Assembly: GCA_015680685.1 (NCBI GenBank)
Contig: MNCI01002315.1
Location: forward strand, 248,001 to 312,000
Direction: 5' to 3'
From: Gnetum montanum
Taxonomy: Eukaryota; Plantae; Gnetophyta
DNA: 64,000 bases
The translations under genes and the position numbers were made by a program. The notes below the pieces were generated by a model. That model worked only from the letters and a program-made list of their open reading frames with translations. It was not told the DNA's origin and ran no database searches. Positions 39,801 through 51,200 of this stretch are shown one piece after another (the stretch's first letter is position 1; each line of letters begins with the position of its first letter).

Positions 39801-42800
39801 TGTGAGAGATGTCCCAGAGTGGTGGTTCTCTTGGGCTCTCCCCATGGTTCGAGGTCCATGGAACACTTTGAGGCATCCTCGGGTGACTCAAGTGTTACAA
39901 AACCGACCCCAACTTGGTGGTACCAAGCTAGCAACAAGACACCCTCCTGTTGCAACTCTCTTCTAAGTCCTCTTCATTCCCCCTCTCCGTGGAGAACTAC
40001 ATGGCCTTGATTCTACAGTGGTCGTAGATATGTAGGTAGCCAAGACTGGATAGTTTTGGTGCGGTGCCAGGCCACACCTTGTATCAGATTGTGAGGGATC
40101 TGGGGGTGAGGCACCTTCCCTTGTAGGTGCATCGTTTCCCCTCCCACCAATGTTGTCTACAAGGTTGTGTGTGTGTGGTTGTTTGCATGGTCCTCGTGTT
40201 GGAGTTGCTTACCCTTCGTGAGGTGCATTCCCATATATGGTAAGAAGTTGTGATTTTGCTTGCACTCACTCTTGAGTTGCTTGCTTGTTTGAGGTGTTGA
40301 TGAATCATGGTTTTTAGGTGCTATGTATACTAGGCCTCGTATACTCAGCCCGCTGCGTATACTAGGTCTCGTATACGTAGCCTTGTTTGTGCTAGCCTAT
40401 AAATAAGCACGCACCCACCGTGCTTAGATATCTTTTGGGTCAATTGTAGCTAGACTCTTGTAGTTTGTTTTCGTAGGAGTTAGATTATTTTCCCAGTGCA
40501 TGCCCGCAGTGTGATGCTTGTAATTGTACGGAACCTTTATTCGAGTGTGACGTACTTGGACACGCACATGATCGGAAATAAAGATCGAGATTACTTTATC
40601 ATTGCAGCATTCACTTAGTTTTAATTGCTTAATTATTATTGTTAATTGTTATTGTTATTTATTGTTTTCTTAGTTAATATTTCTTTATCATCATTTACTA
40701 TTCTTGTTGTTAAATGCGGAATGAGTACGACTTGATCATGAGCATTTAACTGGGACTACTTCAATGGTATCAATCTCAGAAGCCTGATGCATAGGACAAA
40801 GGAAAGGCACCCATGGAGGACCCACCACTACCAGGAACCCCATGAGGTCCAAAGTTTTGTAATTCTGTGTCTGTGTCCAAATTTTATTTAATCCTCCACT
40901 ACGGCATGAGTAAATTCCTAGTTAGTCAATAATCCCATACCTATCCACTGTGTATTCAATTAAGCTTGTTTCTCACTTTTTTTGACTTGAGGACGAGTTG
41001 TTATTTAGTTGTGGGGTATGATGAATCATGGTTTTCAGGTGCTGTGTATACGTGCCCCTGTATACTAGGCCCTGTATACTCATCCCACTGCATATACTAG
41101 GCCCTGTATACGCAACCTTGTTTGTGCTAGCCTATAAATAAGCGCGCACCCACTGCGCTTAGGTATCTTTTGGGTCAATTGTAGCTAGACTCTTGCAGTT
41201 TGTTTTCGTAGGAGTTAGATTATTTTCTCAGTGCATGCTTGCTTTGTGATGCTTGTAATTGTACGAAACCTTTATTCGAGTGTGATGTACTTGGACGTGC
41301 ACATGATTAGAAATAAAGATCGAAATTACTTCATCATTGCAGCATCCACTTAGTTTTAATTGCTTAATTATTATTGTTAATTGTTATTGTTATTTATTGT
41401 TTTCTTAGTTAATATTTCTTTATCATCATTTACTATTCCTGTTGTTAAATGCAGAATGAGTAGGATTTGATCACGAGCATTAACTGGGACTACTTGGTAA
41501 CCTAGTAGCGTACCTCGGTGCTACGCTTGGTAATCCCAGTAGTAGTCGTGCACGAGGTCCAAGATGTGTACGGATGATTAAGGAACGGATGCTCATCGCA
41601 CTTAGGTTAGCTTAGACTTCATTTCCTATTACTCATTAGTTTAATCAATATTATTTTCCATTGTCTCTAGGAGTAGCAGTAGTTTAGGATCACATCATAC
41701 GCCTCACTCTGGGCTAAACCATACGTGACAAAGCAAATACTAGTCCAGGTGGGAAGACAGCGAATTGCGATTAATGTGTAACTATCTAGATACCACAACT
41801 AGCCTATCCACAGAGTTCGACTGGATTGTGCGTGAACGCTCGTATTCGTATGGTTGGGTGTAGGGGTACCTAGTCGCTCATCAGGTGTATTCCCCAGGTG
41901 TTCCGCCCCAGATTCATCGGATCTTAGTGACTTCCTTGGGGTGCTGGACAACGTTGGGGCAACGTTGTAGCTTTTTTGAAATTGTGTTGTGATATGGTTG
42001 TGCTCTTTGTTTGTGTTACTCCATTGAGCTTGTTCGGTTAATGGTCCCTTCAGATTGATACCTAGGTGATCTAGAATCATATCCTTATGTATTCTGGAAG
42101 AGTTGCCTAATGGTAATGTTCTACGCTCTTCATGAGGGGATAGATGTTAAATTGTGAGCAACTAATCTATGTTGCTCTTCTTGAGGATGTAAACGATTGC
42201 GTTGTGGTGATGTCCTTCACTTGTTTACTTGTGGTTGGACTAGTTGTGATTGTATGTGATATGGTCGAGAGGAGTTCTATTGGCAACTCCAGAATTTTGT
42301 TGCTCAAGGATCTCTCATCTCAGGTCTTCAGTGATTCATCTAGGATGAAATGGATCGAGTCTTTGCTTCGGTTTCCACCCAGATGACATGTTTCGAGATG
42401 GCATTTGTTGAATTGTGCAGGATAGGATATCCTTGCATTTCCACTCACCCACCCTAGATACAGTGAGTATGGGAAAATACAAATTGGGACAAGATGGTTC
42501 CTAGGTACCTCAGGATGGAGGTTCTTCGTACATGTGCTCTTGGTGAGCCTTGTTTTGGGTGGATTAAGACCGTTGTCGGTAGACTTCATATGCTCATGTT
42601 TGCGATTGTATGTTTGTCTATTTGTGTATGCATGTTTTCTTGGTTGTGCTTTCAAATTCTGCATGCGTGTTATCTTCGTTGTGTCTATCGTTTGTAACGC
42701 AAGGCTTGGTGTTCTATGCGGTATGATGACTTATTGTTGGGAACGTTGAGGATGCATATTGAGGTCGTTTGTGCCATCCCAAAGCCAAATGTTTGTTGTC

Positions 42801-45800
42801 TTGTTTGACAACTTCTTGTGCATGAGGCATGATTGCCCTTGTTGTTGATCTTTGTGAGTTGTGCTCCCTTATTTGAACTGGTTGTGTTGCCCTTGGATTT
42901 GTGGCATCACTCTTTTGATTGGTGACATTTCTTGGTCACCTTGATTCGAAGACTACTAGTGTGGGTCATCCTATTGTTGGTCATTGTTGAGACCATACCT
43001 CTTTTGATGAGAGTCTTCTTGTGGACGCATCCTCCATGATGTTAATCATCGTTGCGAGAATTGGTTTTATGCAAACTTATTGTTGGAGAGACCTTGGTCT
43101 TCCACCTTATTTTTGGGTTGATATGACGAGATTTTGATCTTGGTTGAAACTACTGTTAGTTGCTGGCAATGATTGTTGTGTATGAATCTTGGAATTTTGA
43201 GAGTGTGCTATCTCTCTCCTGGTGTGCCTCATGATGAAATCGTTTGTTCGAGTGGGGATCTAATTCATCCATCAATGTTTTGCATGATTGATCTCTATGC
43301 ATGTTGTTGAGGTCATGATTTTTATGATGTGCAAGAGTGATATTACTCTGTTATATGATCATGCTTGATGGTTGTGTATGATGCTGATGTGTTGATTATG
43401 TTCCTGCTAACTTCTATGTTTCTGAGCTTTTGTCTTAGTGTTTGTAGGCAGCATAGGTGCAAAGATGTAGCTGGTGGTGACCTTAGTTGATTCTATGAGC
43501 ACTATGTCTATGGGGAAGATATGTGCTCTTGAGACCTTCATGAATTGATTATTTGGTCTCAGAATCCCAACATTGGGTTACGAATTTATCAAAAGCTTGG
43601 CTGTGATGGATCAATAGGTACATTATGATTTGTTTGCCTCTTTGTGCTAGGTGAGCACTAACAAGAGAAAGGTGATCTAGCCTAGACCCTACAGATATTG
43701 GGCTAGCAGATGGCACAAAATGGTATCCTTGGCCATGCTGGATACTAATGGCCCAGGAGTGGCCAATGCATTAAGGTTCCACTATGGTAGGGTGGTGGAT
43801 ACTCAGTTGGCGTGTTTCATTAATTCGATTGTTGCATTCGTGTCTTGAATCGTTCTTGTTTGATGGGTTCAGTGCGATGGTCGATCATGTACGTTTTAAG
43901 ACAGTGGTGCAGTGATAGATGATCATTTATGCTTCATGATAAAGATAGGTTTTTTTCAAAAAAGCATGGTTCTTTCATGGTATGCTCTTGGTGGCCTAAA
44001 TCCTTCAGCCTAGGATGGGCTTGGTTAGTTTGTCCTATAGCCTTTTAGGCATGGGTAGCATTCCCAAATACCATGTATGTTCCCTATATAAATGCATTCC
44101 TATCCTCGGGTGTGTGAAATGTATCCTTGTGATATTCTCAATTCGATTGTATGCACTCAAAAGTGCTGGATGTATTGCCTATGTGACTCAGTTGTCTCTG
44201 GTTGTAGGCCTATGCCACACCCTGTGACAAGGCCAAGCTTGATGTATGGTGTTTTCCTAGCGCTTGTCTTGAAATGCCCTTGCTATATGTTGTAAATGGC
44301 CCTTGTGCCTTGATGTATAATTTTGCTGAAAACCTCGTGGGAAACTCTTTAGTTGGATACAGTGTTGTAATGAACGGACTAGGGCATGTCTTTGTCCATT
44401 GTGCTCTTAAACTGGTGCCATGTGTTCTTGATGATGTTGGCATGCCTGGATGGTGTGTGCTTGTTGAACGTCCTTGAGACAGGACAAATCTTGGGAACAC
44501 TTTCTCTTGTGTTCCTGGATTGGCAAAGATCTTGTCCACAGATAATCAAGGGTGACCAAAATTCAAATCTATGTGATGTCTAGCGGTGGATTTGAGTTGA
44601 GTTTTGGGTATTGGCACCTATACTCGCTCTTCTATGTTGGATGCGATCATGGAGCAGTTGTGCAAACGTTGGGATGGTGGTCCATCCTTGAATGAATGAC
44701 ATTACAGATACAGAAATTGTGATTTCTCTTGGTGGCCTTGCTTGGTGGGCTTGGATGTGCTCAAAACACTTGAGCCTATGCTCTCATGATTGGGGGCTTC
44801 TAATGATTTATGCATTTTGGTGGGCTCTCGTGACTGATTGCTTTTGGTGCTTTTGGAGGGCTATGATGCGCTCTCATGGCTTGGGACTTATTGGTGCTTT
44901 CATGGTCTATGGTGTGATTCCATGATAGGGGACTCATTGTGCCTAATAGGTTATGGTGTCTTCTTGCTGAATTTTCCTGTGTATTTTGTCCCTTTATGTA
45001 CATTGATGTATAACAATGTCCCTTCCTAATGTATTGTCCCATGTCCTTGGTGTAATCTTAATTCATATTGGTGTTCTCACCTCCTTGGTGGGATAGCAGA
45101 GTTGAGCATGATATTACTTGGTGAATCTTTAATTCTATGAGGGATCATTCTCCATCCAGATGGTTGCCCTCTTCAATTCCTAAAATAATAAGGTAGGTGA
45201 TATTGAGACGGTTGTCTCTTGTTTGGGACCTAGAAGCAGTTGATGTTTGGGACTTGTTCCTAGTAGTGGTCCCATGTTCGTGAACTCGTGAGGCTTGTTC
45301 TTAGAGACAGAATGTTATTACCTTGGTAAAATTCATGAAACCTCCTTTGTGAGGTCGTGTTGTTGACATAAATTAAAGATACATATCGCTCTTCTAGTAA
45401 GCAAGGCATGATCTTATGTACTCAATTTTGGGGGCTTCAGAGGAACTTCCTTGTTGGGGTTCTCTAGTAGACCACCCTTATTGTAAATCCTTCGGGGATG
45501 AATCGTGTAGTGTTTTGAGTTGAAACTGATGTTGGTGAAGCCCATTCCATGTAAAACTATCTTGAGGACCCAATCCTCCTATGGGAAAAATGTTGTTGTT
45601 GACTTCTATCTATTGTTTGGATTGAATGATAATAGGTAGTGGTGTGGCCTTGTCCACCGCAAATTGATGTAAACGGGCTTGACTGGGATGTATGAAACAA
45701 AAACCCAGATCTCCCAAGATGAAACAAAAATCCCTCTTGATAAAATTTCAAAGGGATGAACTGCTTGGTGTCTCGAGTTATCCTCAAGGTGAAAATTGAA

Positions 45801-47794
45801 TTTGGGTAAGACTTGTGAACCCATGTCTTCCCTTAGCTGGTGACAGTTCGATGATATGGTTTTGTTGGCTATATTGACTACTTGGGCATGTATTATGGGT
45901 AAGGTTTAGTTGGGCTGCTCTACTTACCTATGGAAGAAACCTCCCAAAGAGGATCCTTCCTACAAGTGCAAAATCTAATGAAAGGTGCTGATCACGAGAC
46001 TGGCAATCGTTCTTGATACAATGGGGAAATTCAAATTTTGGGAACCTCAATGTTCCTGGGAGAATTCATGATCTAGTTGCTCTCAGAGGTGACTCTATAT
46101 TCTTTCCTAGACCTAGTGTTTAGAAAATGGGGCTTGTCCCATAACTTGGAGTGGAAAGGATAGCTTGTATGTAGCAAGTGCGGTGGATCCTTCTCCATGA
46201 ATGGGATATTATGGTGTCATTCGATGATGTGCTTACAGTTGACATGAGGTAGGTGTATGGAGAATTGTCATGGGGTTTGTTGCCCAATAGATCCTCCACT
46301 TGTTCTAACATTCGAGTAGGCATTCTTGATGTTGGACAATCACAAAAGGTGTTGACGACAATTGGGGCTTGTTATGTGTTAGCCTCTTGGAGAAGTTTTC
46401 AAATAGATTTTTTGATCTTCTCTCTCGTTGTGGCTATGGAATACTGTTGGATGGTGAATTGAGGTATGCGATGCTGGTGTTTGTGGACAGCAAGGTCAAG
46501 CTCAAAAGATCTGCCCTTGTACCTTGTTTGGAAGGAAGAACATGCTCGACTCCCTTCATACCAGCTTGAACAACCATGATGAGAAAAAGAAAATGTGCAT
46601 GGTATCGATGTACGTGGAATCAGTGCTTAGATGGTTGCACTAGTGAGACCCCATGGGTCTGGATGTGAGTAGCAGAACATAGAGTTCTAGCAAGCATGAG
46701 TTGCTTGCGGAGACATGGCTCTTCAGATTATGTCCTACCTCTCGGTTTGATGCTCCCAAGTCCCTCACCATGGGTAGTGGCCCTGGTGAGCCCTCAAAAA
46801 AATAAATAAATCAATGGGTGTTGAGTTGCCATTCACAAAGGAACTCGGCGGGACTTGCGAAAGAGGAGCTATCTTCTTGCATAAGTTTGGGTTTACGTAA
46901 GAAGATATGTCTCTAGACCCTCATAAGGGATGTGTCTAGGGGATGCCTTAGAGACGTTGGCCCTTTGGGTTGGACTCTCCCGCTTGTATAGAGAAGGGAA
47001 GTCTTTGGTCTTCCTCCAATTGCCCTTGCGTTTCATGCAAGGCATTGGATGGAAGGACGTATCACGTGTTGGGGTTGGTAACTTCCTTCAAGCTTGGCGT
47101 CAAAGGATTTGATTGATCCTTGGAGTTGATGGAGTTCCGAACCCATACAGAAGTGTACTCTCGAAGTTATCCTAGGCTCCACTCCGAGGATGTCGCTTCT
47201 TTGTGCAAGGGAGGATTGTGAGAGATGTCCCAGAGTGGTGGTTCTCTTGGGCTCTCCCCATGGTTCGGGGTCCATGGAACACTTTGAGGCACCCTCGAGT
47301 GACTCAAGTGTTACAAAACTCACCCCGGCTTGGTGGTACCAAGCTAGCAATAGGACACCCTCCTATTGCAACTCTCTTCGAAGTCCTCTTCATTCTCCCT
47401 CTCTGTGGAGAACTACATGGTTCTGATTCTACAATGGTCGTAGATATGTAGGTAGCTAAGACTGGATAGTTTTGGTGCGGTGTCGGGCCACACCTTGTAC
47501 CAGATCGTGAGGGATCTGGGGGTGAGGCACCTTCCCTTGTAGGTGCATCGTTTCCCCTCTCATTGATGTTGTCTACAAGGTTTTGTATGTGTGCTTGTTT
47601 GCATGGTCCTTGTGTTGGAGTTGGTTACCCTCCATGGGATGCGTTCCCATATATGGTAAGCTGTGATTTTTCTTACACTCACTCTTGAGTTGCTTGCTTG
47701 CTTGAGGTGTATTCCCTAGGTCTTCTGCCCCAGATCCATTGATTCTTAGTGAATTCCTTGGGGTGCCGGACAACGTTGGGGTAATGTTGTTACA
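39801..47794 (+). mobile_element. Non-autonomous Ty3/gypsy-derived LTR element, family B copy 1 (5' LTR 39801-41968 interrupted, 3' LTR 47217-47794)
   Basis: TGTG...TACA termini, TSD TGTAA (39796-39800 and 47795-47799), PPT AAGGGAGGA, internal region collinear with 58500-63706. Confidence 0.93.
40298..41883 (+). mobile_element. Internally deleted family-X LTR element nested in the family-B 5' LTR
   Basis: TGATGA...TCATCA, TSD GGTGT (40293-40297 and 41884-41888); partial LTR 40298-~40760, ~260 bp internal with PPT, full LTR 41019-41883. Confidence 0.9.
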
Positions 47795-48284
47795 TGTAAG
47801 TTGTTTTTTTCCTAGTATCATCTTTGAAGAGCTGAAGTTAGATGTCTTTAAAAGTTTTTATTTAATGCCTTAAGTTTGGGACAACTTGTTTGCTTTCTTG
47901 GAACATGAACTTCTTTTAACATTTAAACTTGACAGTTAAAATATAGTAAGTGGTGAATGCTTCCCCATGATCTACACTTAACAAACCTGCAATTTAAACA
48001 TGTCAATAGGCAAAACACTAGCAGAAGCTTGGAAACAATGATGAGAAGAATCAAGTGTGGTTGAAGAGATTATCATCAACATGCTCTTCAAGTAGTCAAT
48101 ATATTCATAGTTAGGATCTCAATCCTATACCACACTCACTTTTCTCTTAAATTCTCACAGCTTTCACATAATCACTCAATCACTTTTATTCAATGTTGAT
48201 GATCCTGATGCCAAATAATTCTCATGCTATCTCTTTCCTTAAGTCCTCATTGTTTTTGAAGATAAATACACATAAGAAAAAAAG

Positions 48285-51200
48285 AAAAATGACAGGAACG
48301 GGAGCGGTAACGAGCGTAGAAACAACGACTAAAGTGGGAGTGGCGGTAAAGATAGGAGCGGGTGTGGTGGTGACGGGAGTGGTGGCAGCGATAGGAGCGG
48401 GTGCGGTGGTGACGGGAGTGGTAGCAGGAGGGGTTGGAGGATTGGCTAGTGCAGGAGGGAGTCAGGGTGGGGCTACAGAAGGCTAGGAGAATGTGGTGGA
48501 GGGTACTCAAGCCACAAGGGTTAGCAAGTTATCACATGCAAGAAATGGCATTGGTTTTGATACCTATGCATGGGAGGGAGCCATATTGTGGGTCAGGGTT
48601 GCGAATCCGCCTGAGGAGGCGGTGCAGGAATTGGAGCAGAGCTTGCTGGGAAATTTTATCTCCAAGGGAGTCAATTTGCGTTTGGATCTAATCCGAAAAT
48701 GGGTCAAAGTGACATGGGGGTTGGAGGACGTCCATCTTCAAGGGCTGGCAGATGATTAGCTGTTGTTCACATTCTCAATGATGGAAAACCGGGATAGGGT
48801 GTTACTAGGGGGTCCGTGGTTTTATGGTGCTCGTGGATTGGCCCTGGCACCCTGAAAACTTGGCACACATTGTGATAAGGATCTTTTTGATTGAGCGCAG
48901 GTTTGGATCTAGTTGTTCGATTTGTCGTTGAAGTACTGGGAACTAGGGCTCTTGAAGTCTCAAGCAAGGCTATTTGGGGAATTTATTAAATTTGATGTGT
49001 TCACAGAGTACATGGATCAAATGGGCTACACTCATTTCTATGTGTGAAGGTCGTTGAAGTCAGAAGATATGGTTGAGGAGGTTGTGTAGGATAGTGTTGG
49101 TGGAGAAGAAAAGATCCGAGTAAAATTTGAAAATTTGCTGGCATGTAGGGAGGGGCACTAGGGGTGGAAAATTTGTGGCACACAACACTCCAAATCAAAG
49201 CACTGCTGAGGACCAACAAAGGTTGCTCAAGGCTAGAATCTCATGGGCAAGAAGGGCCAGATATGGAAGTAGGGGTCAGGTGCAACGATAGATGGATGAC
49301 CCTAGGCCAAACGTCCAAATGCTCAAACCGTGGCTGGGAGGGGAGATGAATAGAGGTCGATGAAGGAAGATAGAATGTCTTGAGTGGAGGAGGGTGTAGC
49401 GAATCCGTTGTAGGTAGGTGGCACGGTTGCGGGGGTGTCTACACATGATGGGATGGGGGAGATTCCTGCACCCCGCCAATTCCCAAGATTGTTGTGTAGC
49501 AGGATTCTGCACTTGAATTGCCACCATTGGGGGAGTGGATTATAGTCGGTTGAGGCTCTGCAAAGCCAAAAATGCAGGACATCTAGCCTAGGCAGGTGGA
49601 GGGATAGCTTAGAGTGGTGGTACTTAGGCTAGACAGTAAGATTGGACGGCCCAATAAAACCACAGTGTGCAAGAAATTCACATAGCGGGATCTGGATTTG
49701 GGAGTGCAACGAATGCTATGGGAGGTGTACCATTGGTGGGTGTCTACATCTCCATAAAGATCCTTACCTGGAATTGTTGGAGCTAGGGTAATTCGTACAA
49801 AAGAAATACCCTACAAATGATGGTTAGGGAGGTAGGTTGTGGGGTGGTTTGTTTATAGGAAACCAAGGTACAAAGGACCGAAAGGAAGTTGCTGATCTAG
49901 GAGGGATGGACAACCCAGATGGTGCCCAGCAGGGGACGAGCAGGAGGCTTGGCCATTCTGGCCAAAATCTCGATCAGTTTTGTTGATGACTCTGATTGGA
50001 GTTAAACTGTCCACATGCCACAAGTGGATCTGTGGATAACAAATTTTTATGGGGCGTAGAACTGGGAGATTCGAATACAAGAGCTTAGACAAGTGGTAGG
50101 GGTCATCCCTAATCTTGCCAGATGGGTGTTGCTAGGGGATTTCAACCAATGGCTCTATTGTTGGGAGAAACCTAGATATGACGACGTTGATCCATCGGGG
50201 GCTGAGGCATACATTATGTTTTTATGTCAATATGAGCTGGTTGACATGGAGATTTTGGGGTGTAAATTAACTTGGAGTAATCGTCGAAGGGGCACAGATC
50301 ATGTCCAATCCAGGATTGATCGAGTATGGATGAGTGAGTGCCTCATGTTGGAGTATGGCATCATGGCCAAGGGAAAGGAGAGACAAGCTTCAGACCACCA
50401 CTCCATTTTGTGCCAGCTCCAATTGGAGGAGAGTCAGGGGCGCATGCCTTTCAGATTTGAGCGGGCTTGGTTACACAAAGCTTGGTTGAAACCAATGGTG
50501 GCTGCAATTTGGGAGGCTTACACTGGGGCACAGGAGGCTCAATAGTTCTTGAGGGATGGTTTGTGGGCTCTAAAAAATGGTATCAAGGCCAGAGCATTGG
50601 ATGAGAATTACAATTTTCGAGGTTATAGATAGCAGGTGCAAATGGAACTACGGGAGATCCAACGGTTGCAGGAAGTGGGGGTAGTCGGGGACGTTGCAAA
50701 ACAGGAGCTACTCAGGGAACTCTAGGAGCTAGATTGGGAGGAAGAGAGCTACTGGCGACAACGGTCGAGGGTGACTTGGCTACGGGAAGAGATAAGCATA
50801 CACGATTCTTCTTTGCCATGGCCAAACAAAATAGGGCCCACAAGAATAAACTCCAGTATCTGCTAGATGGCATTGGTGGGGGAGGTCCACGGAGTAGTAG
50901 GAGGGGGTTGGATGCCTTTCTGAAATATTGGGGGGACATATGGAGATGGCAGGCCATAGAACCAATCTCCCTGCCAATCACAAAGGTCATCACTAGTGCT
51001 AACAACTCCAATTTACTAGTGTCCTTTCTCATGGGAGGAGCTACGATGGTCATTGAAATCCATGCAATCCAACAAGGCTATGGGATTGGATGGATGGCCA
51101 ATTGAATTTTTTAGGGAGTATGAGGATCTCGTGGGGCCCAATTTGCTAGATGCATATAATAGTATGCTCAGTTGGCAATAGGTTAGGAGGGAAATCAATT

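Noticed and set aside
39801-40297. Retrozyme or Cassandra identity for family B
   Set aside because: No hammerhead CUGANGA...GAAA core on either strand and no 5S rRNA-like block seen; the element is much longer than a TRIM
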